Origin: Lama glama
Lineage: Eukaryota
Assembly: GCA_028534125.1 (NCBI GenBank)
Contig: CM052816.1
Span: 86,864,001-86,928,000 of the forward strand
Direction: 5' to 3'
Length of the DNA: 64,000 nt
In this document: positions 1 to 12,531 of the stretch, one piece after another
How positions within the stretch are numbered: the first letter of the stretch is position 1
Layout: each line of letters opens with the position of its first letter
Notes under the pieces: model-generated
The model's input: only the letters and a program-made list of their open reading frames with translations
What the model was told of the DNA's origin: nothing
Databases searched by the model: none
Made by a program: the position numbers and the translations under genes

Positions 1-252
1 CTTCACTTCCTTTATCCTACAAGCTACAAGGCAGAAACAGTGAACCAGCTGGCAGTGCAAACCAGTATAACAGCTTAGGGAGTGTTTTACAAGTGAGACA
101 TATCCCAAGAAGTTAAATGTCCCTGTGGAACGGAGCTTTCTACTCACTATGGACCATCAAATATCCTCTGCAATATTACATAAGAAGGAAGAGATATTCA
201 TTTGTGCTGGAACTCTTTGTTACGGAGGTTTAACTTATACTCCATGAATACA
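1..252 (+). mobile_element. MaLR LTR, MLT1J-like; 3' part of the 5' LTR, runs off the window start
   Basis: Ends ...ctctttgttacggaggtttaacttatactccatgaataca, resembling the MLT1 LTR 3' end, and is followed directly by a MaLR internal-start motif (gaaattgatact). Confidence 0.7.
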
Positions 253-1444
253 TGAAATTGATACTTGAAAACATGATGCTTTCATAACCAAACAAATCTA
301 AAATATGTAGCACTGGCTTAGCAGTTGGCATGCAAGGAATACATATAATGCAGGATAGAAAGTTTATCTTGGCAAACAGGTGGTAAAACTGTCACTCATG
401 TATGGACACAGAGCATATGTAGAACACAGATGATGTGCTGATTGAACCTGTAATGATTAAAAAAAAAAAACCCTAAAATTATTGGTACTCCTTGATGGTT
501 CTGGCAGATATCAGAAAGGGAATGATTCAGGGAAAATCAGTTAATTTACAAGCAGAAATGGAAGAAATTCAGCTCTGCTCTAGGAAAATGTCTATGCATA
601 TGGCCTACAATTTAAATTGACTGAAATTTCGATAATGTTGAGCCTCAGCAGTGGAAAAGCCAAAGGCTTCTGAAGCCCAAGCAGCAGGAGATAGCACTGT
701 CATTCAGTGTTTTTCTAGAGCCTCCAGTTAAGCGTCAGACAGCGGGAGCCGGCTCAGCTGCAAAAAAGAGATTAATGGTGTTGCTCTCCCCAACTCATTC
801 CAAGCTCGCTGTTTCAGCTGGCCTCTCAAGAATTGTGACCAGATGTGATCTGCGAGTGTCAAAACCATGAGAAGCAAATAAACCAAAAGCCTCTGAGGGG
901 ATCTGCATCCCTGAAGAAACATAAACCACAATCCCAAGGCTGAAATGTCTGTTCAGTCCACGGACGTCGGTGCCCACTTTAGAAAAGGCCAAAGAGGATA
1001 ATTGACAAGAAAGAGCCTTCTACAGGGGAAAGCCAGGCTCTGTGGAGGGTAATGGAAAAGAGAATTTTTAAAGGCTAGGTCTAGGGTTGCCAGATGGATA
1101 ATCATGGAAATTTCTCTATGCAGGGCAGGGAGTTTCACAGTTACTACCCACAGAGGTTGATAAATGCTATAAAATATTGACTGCAGTATGCTTTCCATAC
1201 TTTGCCCTCCCCCTTTTTTCAGTTATCTTGCTCATTCTTCACCAATTTATATTGGGTGGAGCAGATAATGTGTCTTTTAAGTAAAGATCACCAGGAAATG
1301 AAGAGCCGTTCCTTGAGTGGCTGCAAAGTACAATGCCTCTCCGGAGAACCTGCAGGATGACGTCCATTCAGCAACTAGTAAGTTCTTTGAAGAGTGACTG
1401 GCAGTGACATATATAGAAACTTGAACAGACTGAAGGGGATATTT
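253..1444 (+). mobile_element. MaLR internal region (MLT1J-int-like), decayed
   Basis: Starts tgaaattgatacttgaaa...aaatctaaaatatgtagcactggcttag (typical MLT-int start). The 3' part accaatttatattgggtggagcagataatgtgtctttt also matches MLT-int. It lies between two MLT1 LTRs. Confidence 0.7.
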
Positions 1445-1865
1445 TTAACGGAGTCCTATTTTCTGCCTGATCTTTTTCTTTTAGTAATAGAATACACCAG
1501 TTTCAAATGAGCAATTGGCCACACAGCACTGGTCCACCCACGTCTCCCTTGCATCTAATGGCAGTGGCTATGTAGCAATGTTCTGGTCACTGGGATGCAA
1601 AAATGAGACAGGCAACTTTTGTGGATCATATCCATAGAAGGAAGCCTTCTATCTACTCTTTCCTATCTTGCCCTCTATCTACTTCTTCCTTTTTCTTGCA
1701 AGCTGCAGCAGTGATATATTATGAATGCTTTAGTTTTGACCATGTAAATGAGTAAAATACTGTAAGGCACAACAGAACTACAAGAGTAAAGAAACCTGAA
1801 TTCCAGGGTGACCTCTTACAACAGAGCCAGCTATTCACTCTGGTCAGCCCATTTTTCTGGACCTA
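1445..1865 (+). mobile_element. MaLR LTR, MLT1J-like; 3' LTR, 3'-truncated
   Basis: ctcccttgcatct...gtggctatgtagcaatgttctggtcactgggatgca and gaccatg...agaaacctgaattcc...cagagccagctattcactctgg match MLT1I/J LTR motifs. Confidence 0.7.
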
Positions 1866-2131
1866 ATCTGATTTTCTAGTTTCAATCATGGCATACCATT
1901 TAAATTCCATATATGACAAGGTTTTCCTTATCTCTGAAGTGCAAGAAGTTTACAATATATATTCTATATGGGTATTTCTGCAATGTAGTGTGAAATTTCA
2001 ATCTATAGATTCAAGATTTTTTCCCTTCATTTCTAACTTTATTATTATTCAAGTAGGTAAGTATGTTCTCACTAGCCAATATTTCAATATTCTTGGAAAT
2101 GTGTTTTTTTTATGGTATGTTGGTTTTATAT

Positions 2132-2666
2132 TGTTATTAATATTTCTATTGCTGCTATTAATATTTCTATTTTCTATTTCTAATATGAACTTAGTGGGTT
2201 AAAACATCATAAAATATTATCTTATAGATAATAAATTGGGTAAGAAGTCCAACACAGGTCTAAATACTGGGCTAAAATCAAGGTGTTGGCAAGTCTGCAA
2301 TGCTTTCTGGAGGCTGTAGAGAACAATCTGTTATTTTGTCTTTTATAGCTTCTAGAAGATCCCTGAATCTAGCATCTCCTGATTTCTTCCTTCATTTTCA
2401 AAGCCATCAATTTGCATCTCTGACCTTTCCTCTGTCCTCACATTTCCTCTGTAGTTGTAGCCTTGGAAAGACCTTCTGTATTTCTGCATTTAAGGATTCA
2501 CATGATTAGATAGGGCTTAACTAGATAACTGAGGAAGTCTCTCCATTTAAGGTCCATATCCTTAATCACATCCGCAAAGTCCCTTTTACCATGTTTAACA
2601 TATCTATTCACAGGTTCTAAGGATTACGTTATAGAACCTTGGAGGGCTACTATTCTGCCTAATACT
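2132..2666 (-). mobile_element. MaLR solo LTR (MLT1C/MLT1D-like)
   Basis: aacttagtgggttaaaaca...gggctaaaatcaaggtgttggca...tttctggaggctgtagagaacaatc...taaggattcacatgattaga...attcacaggttctaaggatta...ctattctgccta is the reverse complement of MLT1C/D. Confidence 0.85.
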
Positions 2667-2699
2667 TTAACAGGGTTTATTGTTCTCTTTCACTTGTTT

Positions 2700-2893
2700 C
2701 AAATATTTAAGGAATAATAAAAAACAATTCTATATAAAGTCTTTCCGAAATAATTGAGAAATGAGCACTTTCTAACTAACTTTATGGGCCAGAAGTACCT
2801 TAAACCAAAAGCAGACCAAAAAACAAAACAAAACAAAACAAAAGCAGACTATGACAGTTCAAAATCCCTCAAACACATACGCAAAAATCCTTG
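2700..2893 (+). mobile_element. Old L1 ORF2 fragment with an internal (CAAAA)n run
   Basis: aaatatttaaggaataataaaaaacaattcta...tttctaactaactttatgggccag...ccttaaaccaaaagcagac...gcaaaaatcctt resembles L1 ORF2 sequence just upstream of the RT core. Confidence 0.7.
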
Positions 2894-4452
2894 AGATGAT
2901 GTTTATACTATTCTGAATTTTCTAATAATGTCTTCAAAATGAGGGACTGAATCAGGTTTGGGTATTTATGGCTTCATATGTGTATCTAAAAACACTTCAG
3001 GAAATATTTTTCAGGTGGTCTGGACAGTCTTTGGGGCCTGCATAGCCTTTTGTAAAAGTAATATTTTGGTGTTCATTGCTTTTCTCTGTGGAGTATATAC
3101 AGATATTTGGTTTCCGTGAACAAAAGCATGCAAAAATCCTTACTTTCTGTTGTATCATATAAAGATCAATGGGAGTTTAAAATGAGCTACATGTTTCTTT
3201 GTCTCAGCTGTATAGTTATAATTATTTTTCTTTGTAAGTTTTTTTTCTTTTTTCTAAGTATTGTTTTCTAAATATGACTACTTTCAAAATTAATTTGTTT
3301 CACCTAAACTCACAAGGATTTGAAGATACACCAAAATTAAATGCTAAAGCCAATCTTTACTCCTTAGCCAGAGGAAATATATTATTCTCTTTCTCACCTC
3401 TTCAATGTACAATGACTCAACCTTTCTTGTAAATTTGCTCAGTCTTTTATCCTGTCAGATCCATTTTTTTTTTTCTGCCCATACTCAGATTTCACATCAA
3501 TGATTTAATCAATTAGTCTGACTTGAGACAGATACTTTTTGGAGACTAGAGAAGAGCAAAAGAAAAAAATTACTTTAAAGTTGTTTTACTCTGCAACATA
3601 TGTTCAAATAAAATGTAGTTTAAATTTAAGTCATGACTGCTGGCTCGCTGGCTACAAAAAAAGTTTCAACAACTATAATAGGTCTTACAGTAATTATACA
3701 ATATAGAAAGAACCATTAACTGGAGATAGTAGGGGCTATGATTGTACATTATTGTTTCTAGGGGTATTATCAACTGTTACTAAAGTCTCCTACAGGTATA
3801 CTAAAAATAAAATTAAGAAAATCTCAGAGAACAGCTTTAGTTTTCTAATATATGTTCTTCTCTTCAAAAGAAATTACATACTTTCTTGAGAGTGGTCATA
3901 AGACAAAAAAAATCAACTAAACTGAAAATTAAAACGATGGATAGAATTTTAAACATCTGGATGATAATCAATTGCTGAGTAATAAAGAGTAAAAGCAAAT
4001 CATAAACCAAAAAAGACCAATATAACTGCCTCTTTTACAGAATTTTAATCTTAGATGTTGATTTCAGTACATTCATTAACTATATTGTCATATTTTCCCT
4101 TATGTGCTTTACTTTGAAAATGCATGCTCACTTCATATGGAATAAACACTACTAGTGACTGTTGATAACAACTATATTACTACCAATTAACCATAGTTAT
4201 ATATGTTAGGATACAACTAAATTATCGAATAATGAGGGCAGTAGTGAGGGTTATGTGACAAGTTAAGATTTTTCCGTAGCATTAGAAACCAATTCTGACT
4301 AATGGAGCTTAGTGGGATTTGGGGGAAAGATACTAATTTTTTGGTAGGTGCCTCTTTTCAAGTTAATATTCTGATGAAGATAACTGTTATTCAGCTATAT
4401 GCCCACTGATGTTGTTTGGACTATAGAATCTATTGGTATAAAAAATGATGTT

Positions 4453-4601
4453 AGCTCACAGAGAAAATAACATGACAATGAACATATATATGTTCATGTA
4501 CAACTGAAAAATTGTGCTCTACATTGGAATTTGACACAATATTGTAAAATGATTATAAATCAATAAAAATGTTAAAAAATAAAAAATAAAAACAAAAGTT
4601 A
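4453..4601 (+). mobile_element. Young 5'-truncated L1 3' end (camelid-type) with A-rich tail
   Basis: gacaatgaacatatatatgttcatgtacaactgaaaaattgtgctctacattggaatttgacacaatattgtaaaatgattataaatcaataaaaa plus A tail. Perfect 13-bp TSD aaaaaatgatgtt at 4440-4452 and 4602-4614. Confidence 0.9.
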
Positions 4602-4839
4602 AAAAAATGATGTTGGAGACAAAACTGTCAGACAAAAGTTACGATCACTGAATTATGTTATAAAATATAAAGGACGTTAAAAATCTCAGAAGTTAAAAAA
4701 AAATCTTAAAAAGAAATATAAATGCATGTAAACCTTAATTACAACAACAAAAACTATCTTTAAAAACAAAAACTGAGAGATGTGGAGCCATTTAAAACCA
4801 TGTGACAATTTTCACCATGACCAGCCTGATAAAGTCTTT

Positions 4840-5125
4840 GTTTGGCTCCCATGACACTGTATTACCTGGTTTTCCTCTGACTTCTTTGGAAAGTTCATCT
4901 CAGTTGTTTAATGTTTTGTTTTCCTCATTTTGAATTTAAAGAGAGGAGGTCTTTATACGTTAATTCTAGGCTCTTTTTCTCACACTATAATCTTTAAAAA
5001 TGGCTTCAGTCACTTACTTTGATGCTTCTAAGTTCACATGACTGATGCAGTCTTTTCCTAAGAACTTTATGTTCATACACCTGCCCAACATAGTATTTAC
5101 TTGTGTAGATAAAAATCATCATCTT
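4840..5125 (+). mobile_element. L2 LINE ORF2 fragment
   Basis: ttggctcccatgacactgtattacctggttttcctctgacttctttgg...aatggcttcagtcac...cctgcccaacatagtatttacttg follows the L2 RT 3' region. Confidence 0.7.
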
Positions 5126-5364
5126 TATAAAAGTTTTGTTGGACACTTAAGACTATTTTTTGCCCAAGGTCTGGACCTTGTTTCTAAAATTAAGGAGTGG
5201 AGACAGAGGTTATGTTTCCTTCAAAGCCTCAAATATGTACTATCTGCCCTTTACCAAAAACAAACAAACAAACAAAACTGAAAACAAACATATGAAATGC
5301 AGGAAAATCAAAACACAAACAAAAAAAAATGTTTGCTTGAGATGATACCTCAGAACTTCAGAAA

Positions 5365-5605
5365 GAAATTTTCTCTGAGTTCTTGAATGTATAAGTTATT
5401 TTTCTATTACCTGGATATTTGAAGAAAGTATTTCCAGGTACAAAAACTTTGACTTTCACTGTCTATTCTTGACTCTCTTAATTCCTTTCTTCTACTGTCA
5501 CCTTACATTATTTTATGTGAAATATGATGCTACACTGATTTTCTATCCTTAATAAGTAACTTGGTGTTTTGGCCTGGAAGTTCAGAGGATATTTTTAACC
5601 TTAAA
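5365..5605 (-). mobile_element. Old L1ME/HAL1-like ORF1-region fragment
   Basis: T-rich segment tttctctgagttcttg...ccaggtacaaaaactttg...gtgaaatatgatgctacactgattttc...ttttggcctggaagttcagagg, typical of antisense L1M/HAL1 ORF1. Confidence 0.5.
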
Positions 5606-5689
5606 ATATAAATATTTTATATTTATATAAAATAAAATAATTTTAATAAAATTTAATTCATTTGTTAGAAAATACTTCAGCGTTAAACA

Positions 5690-6460
5690 TTTAGGATGAT
5701 AATTTCCTGAAATTTATTTGCAGATTTAAAGCAGACTCAATAAAAACTCCACAAGATAATTCTAATATTAGAAGTGGATGTAACCTGCAATAGCAAAGTT
5801 TTTTTTTTTTAAAGAAAAAGATGTTGTAATACTTACATTCCCTTATTTTAAGAATTACCCTAAAACCATGGTAATCAAGAGAGTGTGGTATTGTCAAATG
5901 TATACCCTTAAAGTTCAAGAATGCAAAATAAAATACAGAAATGGATTATCACTTACATGGTCAATTAATTTTTCACAGTGATGGCAAAGCAAGTTTACGG
6001 GGAAATAATATTCCTACGAACAAACAGTAACAGGACAAAAAAAAATTTAGAACATCAACAGTTTCTTCACACCAAATACTAAAATTGATTTGAATTGGAT
6101 CATAGTTTTGAAAACAAAAACTAAAACTATAAAATTCCTAGAAGAAAACTGTTGTGGCTTTGGAGCTGGCAAATTTTTCGTAGATAAGACACCAAGAGCT
6201 AAGTGATAAAACTCATTGCATACTATATGATTCAAAGTATATGAGTTTCTAGGAAAGAAAATTATAATGACAGAAAGCAGATAAGTGTCTGCTAGGATCC
6301 AGGGATAGAGAGTGAGACTTCATAGAGGGATAATGGTACTCTTTTATATCTTGTTTGTTGTAAAGGTAACATGACCATACAAAAATGAACAAAACTTATC
6401 AAACAGTACACCTAAAATGAGTGAATTTTATTATATAAATATTATTCCCCAATAAAGCTA
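5690..6460 (+). mobile_element. L1M (L1MC/MD-like) ORF2 3' part and 3' UTR
   Basis: gtaatcaagagagtgtggtattg, atggtcaattaatttttcacagtgatggcaaag, aaaactataaaattcctagaagaaaac, then a 3' UTR ending cacctaaaatgagtgaattttattatataaatattattccccaataaagct. Confidence 0.85.
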
Positions 6461-6534
6461 GTAGAGGAGAGGCATAGATTTTATGAAAGCAGAATTTCAT
6501 CTTTTATTAGTAGATGATTTGATAATGCCTGTAT

Positions 6535-7090
6535 AAAATTAAACATATATATGCTATGATCTAGAAATTTCACTCCTAAATATATACCAGAGAAAATGAA
6601 CATATATAACTGCATGTAGACTTGCATAAGACATCAGTAATATTTTTATAACATAAGACAAAAACTATAACCAAAAAGAATATCCAACAAAAGGTACATA
6701 GATAAATACATCGTGATATACTCATACAATGAAATACCACTCAGCTATAAATAGTGGTACAGACAACCGATAGAGGTAAAATCATGGACATTGCTCAAAA
6801 ATATGCTGCTCTGTGAAATAACTGAACTTCTAAAAAATAGTATACAGTATCTTTCTAACTACAGGGATTTCCAAATCTGTGAAACAGAGAAAACTAACCA
6901 ATAAAGACAGAAATCAGAATAGCATCTTCCCTCAAGAAGATTGGGAAGGCAAAAAGGACATTTCTGGAATGAGAAATACTCTACAGGTTGATGGTGTTTT
7001 TGCGATAAATACTCAATTGTCAAAACTCAGAGTTTTGTTACAATTAAAATATGTGCTTTTCACTATGTATAAATTAGTAACTCAATAAAA
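6535..7090 (+). mobile_element. L1ME-like 3' end
   Basis: tatgatctagaaatttcactcctaaatatataccagagaaaatgaac...catacaatgaaataccactcagc...ttgtcaaaactcagagttttgtacaattaaaatatgtgcttttcactatgtataaattagtaactcaataaaa. Confidence 0.8.
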
Positions 7091-9102
7091 CATACGCAAG
7101 TTATCTACAAGTAAAAAATTAATTATATAATGGTGCTATAAATAATATTAATGTGTCTTTTATGCAGAATATTTCTTTACACTTTTATTAATTAAAATAT
7201 GAAGTTCTTTCCAAATATTTCATTCAAAATATGTTATTAAAATAATATATTTGCTTGCAGAAGAAATAATACTCAAAAATTTTACTTTTTTCTTCCTATG
7301 GTCTATTTGGCTTACCTTCTTATTTTCTCATTTGTGTTGTCAGAACTGTCCACCACATCTAAGTTTTAACACCTTAGTTTATATTTTCACATCAGTATTT
7401 TGTATTCAGTAGTCAATTCTTATAATTCTAAGACATTTTTTATGACAAAGCAAAAGATGTATTATTGATTGAGTACTCAAAAGATTAAAAAAAGTCATTA
7501 ACTTACTGAATCTAATACTTCATGTAAATCATATGTGTGTTTGTGTGTATGCATGTGATTTACTTCATTGATTGCCTTCAATCATCAACTTTATAATAGT
7601 CAGCACAACTTCAGAAAAGATATAAATAAGATTAAAGCAGTTGCCTATGTACCCAGACCTTCAATAATTCAATAACCTGTATAAGAGGCTCTAAAAATGG
7701 AAAGTCTAGAAAAATTTGTGTATAGATGATTGCGTACAGCAAGCTGGAATGGAAGATTAATAACCTGCAAAGACTTTTGCTCCTTCTTAGGCATACACTA
7801 TAGGCGGATGTCCCTGGACACTTCCTCCAGGTTAATGTTTAAGACCAGATTATTGATTTCAATAAGTGAAAGATAGGGCAAAGAAAGTGAAAGCATTCAC
7901 TTTATGGATCTTTTTATTTGACTGCCTCACAGCTATTTTATTCAAAATCGCATTACTGAAAACTGTATCAAAACTTTTTCATTAAAATATTTTGCAATTT
8001 TTTTTGGAAATGTCAAAACAAAATTCATAATGCTTCAGAATGAACTATTCTGTTATTTGGAAAGTGGGTATTAATGAAAGGTTTCAGGCAAATATTTCTT
8101 TATTCAACACTTCCTCATTCAGTAACAAAAAAAAATACTATCAAATAATAAATGACTTACTTTCTACTTAATCAGTAAATCAATAAATAAAACTGTTCTA
8201 TGACTGAAAGGTATAACCACATATAATACTGTTTCTGATGTGTGTTTACTATAACATCCTCAAATCAATTTAAGTTGAAAAAAGAAAGCAGAATTATCTA
8301 TTAAAAATGAAAACCATGCTCATTCTTGTTTTAAAAAAGTCCAACTGTGAAAATAAAATTGAATCATAGGGATTACCGAAAATCTGTTATGAGCCATGTG
8401 ACCTCTCTTCTGGCTTCTTTTCTACTGAAACATGGAGTCAACCATAATTTGAAAGTGCTGAATATAGATTTTATATCTATTTGAAAGACATCAAGTAAAG
8501 TGTAAATTATATTTTCATTAACAAGACTGTATTTTAAATATCAGAAGTCAAGCAGTTTCCAAAGTAACTTTTTTTAAACAATGGAACATTCATTATTTAA
8601 TTACTATTTAAGAACATTCGTAAGCATTTTGCAAGACAATGAAGAATTCGGCTGATTATATATTAGTGTATACTATTTTAATGAAATACATAAAACTTTA
8701 TAGCATTTTTGTCTGCCTTCAAAATAGCATATTTCTATTCCTTGGACATAGACCAAGATACTCTCACCATTGGTGTCATTCATTTCAGGAACTTTCCACT
8801 GTGACATATCATGATATTGGATTTGGATACATCATAAAAGTAGTAAGTAATCAGACAGTAGATATTTTTCTTTAGGCTAGTGAAATGTGATAAATGCCTT
8901 AGACACACATATACACACTGCACACACACAAACACTCAAAGAGGAAAAAAAGTGATTTGTATAACCTACATTTAAATTTTAAACTATATGGCAAAAATAA
9001 CTTACTTAACCACTCTGCATTATCAAGACATACATATGCTTGAAACATCGTATCATTTTCTCTCATTTTTTAGATACTGGTGCTTGAGTTGAAGAGGATA
9101 AC

Positions 9103-9713
9103 TGTATTCATTTTCTCCTGCTGCCATAATAAATAACCACAAACTTAGTTGTTTAAAACAACACACATTTAGGATTGTGCAGTTTTGTAGGTCAGAAGTT
9201 CTAGTTGGCTCTGCTGATTTCTCTGCTCTGGATTTCACAAAGCCAAAACCAAGGTTCAGCCAACTGAACTCTTCTCAGGAGACTGGGAAGAATTTGCTTC
9301 CAAGTTCATTCACGGTGTTGGCAGAATCCAGGTCCTTATAGTCATAGGACTGAGATTCCATTTCCTGCTGCCTGCCAACTGGCAGATGCCCTTAGTTCCT
9401 AGAGGTTTTTCGCCAGTCCCCGCACATGGGACTCTATATCCCAGAGCCAGCAATATTGCTTTGAATACTTCTCATGCCTGAAATCTCTGACTCACTTTCT
9501 GCCACATTTCTCTTGCCAGAGAAAATTCTCTGCATTTAAGGGCTAATGTCATCAGATGAGCCCAGCTAGATAATTCATGATAATCCCTCTATTTTAAGGT
9601 CCATGACATTAATTGCATCTGAAAATTCATTTATGCTATAGATATAATATATTCATAATTTCTGGGAATCAGGGAAACAGCACATTTGCGAGAGTATTAT
9701 TCTGCCTACCACA
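9103..9713 (-). mobile_element. MaLR solo LTR (MLT1E-like), about 610 bp
   Basis: TG...CA bounded: tgtattcattttctcctgctgccataataaataaccacaaacttag...ttgcttccaagttcattcacggtgttggcagaatccagg...attctgcctaccaca. Confidence 0.9.
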
Positions 9714-10068
9714 AGAATAAAGCCCTTCAATGTCATAAAGGTAAGAAGCACTAGAATCAAAATTTAAGTGCAAGGCTACTTCAAAAACACCCAAATTGAA
9801 TTCCTAGTTTTCCTCAGCCTTCATTTGGTAAAACAAAGCTTGTGCATTTTAAGTAGACACAAAGATACTTAAATGCACAACCAAGTGTGATTAGAAAATT
9901 AGAGTTCTAACTTATGTTTGAAAATAGATCTACAAAAGAAGTTATTTTCATGAAACAAGTATCACTATATACACGCATGTCTTCATATGTGTATATATAA
10001 ATATGGATGTGGATATAGGAGGACTGGGGATAAAGGTGGATAGTGATGGGAAGCCTTATAGCATCTTA

Positions 10069-10088
10069 AGTGTGTGTGTGTGTGTGTA
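10069..10088. repeat. (TG)n microsatellite
   Basis: Direct reading: gtgtgtgtgtgtgtgtgt. Confidence 0.9.
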
Positions 10089-10204
10089 CATATGTATGTG
10101 CGTGTGGTTACTGAAATACAATTGAGTAAAGCATAAAAGTTTGAGGAGTATAACCTGAGGTAAAGTCCCCGAAAAATGAAAGGCAGTTTGATTAGCATGG
10201 TAAA

Positions 10205-10240
10205 TCCTTCCTTCCTTCCTTCCTTCCTTGTTCTTCCTTG
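10205..10240. repeat. (TTCC)n simple repeat
   Basis: Direct reading: tccttccttccttccttccttcctt. Confidence 0.9.
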
Positions 10241-10541
10241 CTCTTTTTGGTAAGCCATGAAGTGGTTGCATTTATTCTTTAGAGTTTTGTTACAGTGCAC
10301 ATGCTATATTTCTTCCTCTGAAGACCAAAATTTAGTAAAGATAAAGAATATCTGAAAAGCATATTTACAATTTTGATTCAGTATCACCAGTAGGAAAAAT
10401 ACATCTGTCATGAGCACATAGGGATTACATGCAGAAAATAACTTAAGTGCAAGACAAGGTGTATCTTACTATATGTCATTTATGGTAGCATAACAGATTA
10501 GAGTTATTTTTAACACAATTCATTTTTTTAAATTAAACACT

Positions 10542-10882
10542 GAAAACACTATGCTATGTGCAATAAGCCAGACATAAGAAGATAAATACTGCGTGATTCT
10601 GCCACCATGAGGTACCTAGACTAGGCCAATTCATAAACACAGAAAGCAGAATGGAAGTTGCCAGGGGCTAGGGGTGGGGAAATGGAGTTATTGTTTAAAG
10701 GATTACAGAGAGCTGTTGGGGATGATGAAAAAGTTCCGGAAACACACAGTGGTATGGGCTGGACAACATTTTGAACGCACTTAATGTCACAAGATTGTTC
10801 ACTTACAAATGAAAAAAAATTATGCTATATATATATATATATATATATTTATTTTGCTGTGATTTAAAATGTTTTAAAAAAT
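10542..10882 (+). mobile_element. L1MB-like 3' UTR, contains (TA)n near 10826-10847
   Basis: gaaaacactatgctatgtgcaataagccagaca...gaggtacctagactaggccaattcataaacacagaaagcagaatggaagttgccaggggc...ggggatgatgaaaaagttccggaa...cacttaatgtcac. Confidence 0.9.
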
Positions 10883-11300
10883 ATGCCAACCCTTGGAAAT
10901 CATACAGACACACAAACCTTCGCTATTTTATGGTTCAAATAAAAATTAAACAAAATTGGGTCTTAATGAAATGAAAACATGCTATCAAATCTATTGATGG
11001 GGCAAAATTTTAACACTAAATGTTTATGCAAGTAAAAACAAAGGTTAATAAGTTATGAAGTTTGGGGAGAAATAAGGAAACCAAATAAAGTAGAAGGAAA
11101 GAGAAATATACATGAACATAAATGCACGAAATAGAGTGTGTTGGCAAAGGTAAAGACTGATTAGTTGAGACGGTAATGATATAGATGGACAATTCCTTGG
11201 GAACACTATGAAGAAAAAGATTGTAGGTACAAATAAGCAATAGGAGTAAAGAAGAGGACAAATTATATGTTTGCTCTTTGGTCTGCCTTTCTTACTAAAA

Positions 11301-11800
11301 NNNNNNNNNNNNNNNNNNNNNNNNNNNNNNNNNNNNNNNNNNNNNNNNNNNNNNNNNNNNNNNNNNNNNNNNNNNNNNNNNNNNNNNNNNNNNNNNNNNN
11401 NNNNNNNNNNNNNNNNNNNNNNNNNNNNNNNNNNNNNNNNNNNNNNNNNNNNNNNNNNNNNNNNNNNNNNNNNNNNNNNNNNNNNNNNNNNNNNNNNNNN
11501 NNNNNNNNNNNNNNNNNNNNNNNNNNNNNNNNNNNNNNNNNNNNNNNNNNNNNNNNNNNNNNNNNNNNNNNNNNNNNNNNNNNNNNNNNNNNNNNNNNNN
11601 NNNNNNNNNNNNNNNNNNNNNNNNNNNNNNNNNNNNNNNNNNNNNNNNNNNNNNNNNNNNNNNNNNNNNNNNNNNNNNNNNNNNNNNNNNNNNNNNNNNN
11701 NNNNNNNNNNNNNNNNNNNNNNNNNNNNNNNNNNNNNNNNNNNNNNNNNNNNNNNNNNNNNNNNNNNNNNNNNNNNNNNNNNNNNNNNNNNNNNNNNNNN
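11301..11800. other. Assembly gap (500 N)
   Basis: Run of exactly 500 N. Confidence 1.
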
Positions 11801-12226
11801 TATGAAGAATTGGCTCACATGGAGCCAATGTGAAGTCCTGTGAAATGCGGAGGTTGATAAGTCCTACAGTCTACAATCTGCAAGCTGGAGACCCAGGACA
11901 GCCAGTAGCACTCAGTATGAGTCCAAAGGCTTGACAGCCAGGGAAGATGATGGTATCAATCCCAGTCCCAGGACAGAAGTTAGATGAGATGTCTTACCTC
12001 AATCAGTGAGGCAAAAAAGGGATCAGCTTCTTCCTGTGTCTTGTGTTCTATTCAGGTCCTCAATGAATTAGACGATGCTCACTTACAATGGGGAGGGCTT
12101 ACTACTTTACCAAATCCAATGATTCTAACATTAATCTCATCTGGAAACACTCTCACAGGCACATCCAGAACTAATGTCTCATCTGGGTCCCCTGTGTCAA
12201 GCTGACACATGAAGCTCACTGTGACA
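11801..12226 (-). mobile_element. ERVL LTR (MLT2B-like), cut by the gap
   Basis: gaattggctcaca...tctgcaagctggagacccagg...gagtccaaaggcttgacagccagg...gttctattcaggtcctcaa...aatctcatctggaaacactctcacaggcacatccaga...gtcaagctgacacatgaa is the reverse complement of MLT2. Confidence 0.9.
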
Positions 12227-12229
12227 GAC

Positions 12230-12530
12230 AGTCCTCATATCCCCTTTCTACTTTCCATTCTAGATTCCCCTCATCCTTGTGTAGCACCTCTGTTAATCTC
12301 TATGGCTTATCTAATAGGGCCAATTTAGCCCCTCATCTGTGAGCCAAGTCACTGATCACATAACTTCTCAGGCCTTGCTTCTGCTCTCTGTCTATCACTA
12401 TCAGGACGAGGTGAAGCATTCTTAAGTGGATCATTTGGATACAAAACTATCGGTCCCTGACCTCACTGTGTAACAGCATTATCTATTCCCAATAATCAGT
12501 TTCAATTACACGTCTCCAACCCCCAGAACA
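12230..12530 (-). mobile_element. ERVL-class internal fragment (3' pol/dUTPase side)
   Basis: ggatcatttggatac...cctcactgtgtaacagcattatctattcccaataatcagtttcaattacac resembles the ERVL dUTPase-proximal region and is collinear with 13331-13830 across the nested insertions. Confidence 0.55.
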
Positions 12531-12531
12531 G

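Noticed and set aside
2135..2180. Short direct repeat tattaatatttctatt
   Set aside because: A local slippage duplication in the AT-rich end of an MLT1 LTR, with no sign of function.
11045..11843. Long ORFs of 177-257 aa on both strands
   Set aside because: Artefacts of reading through the 500-N gap (poly-X translations).
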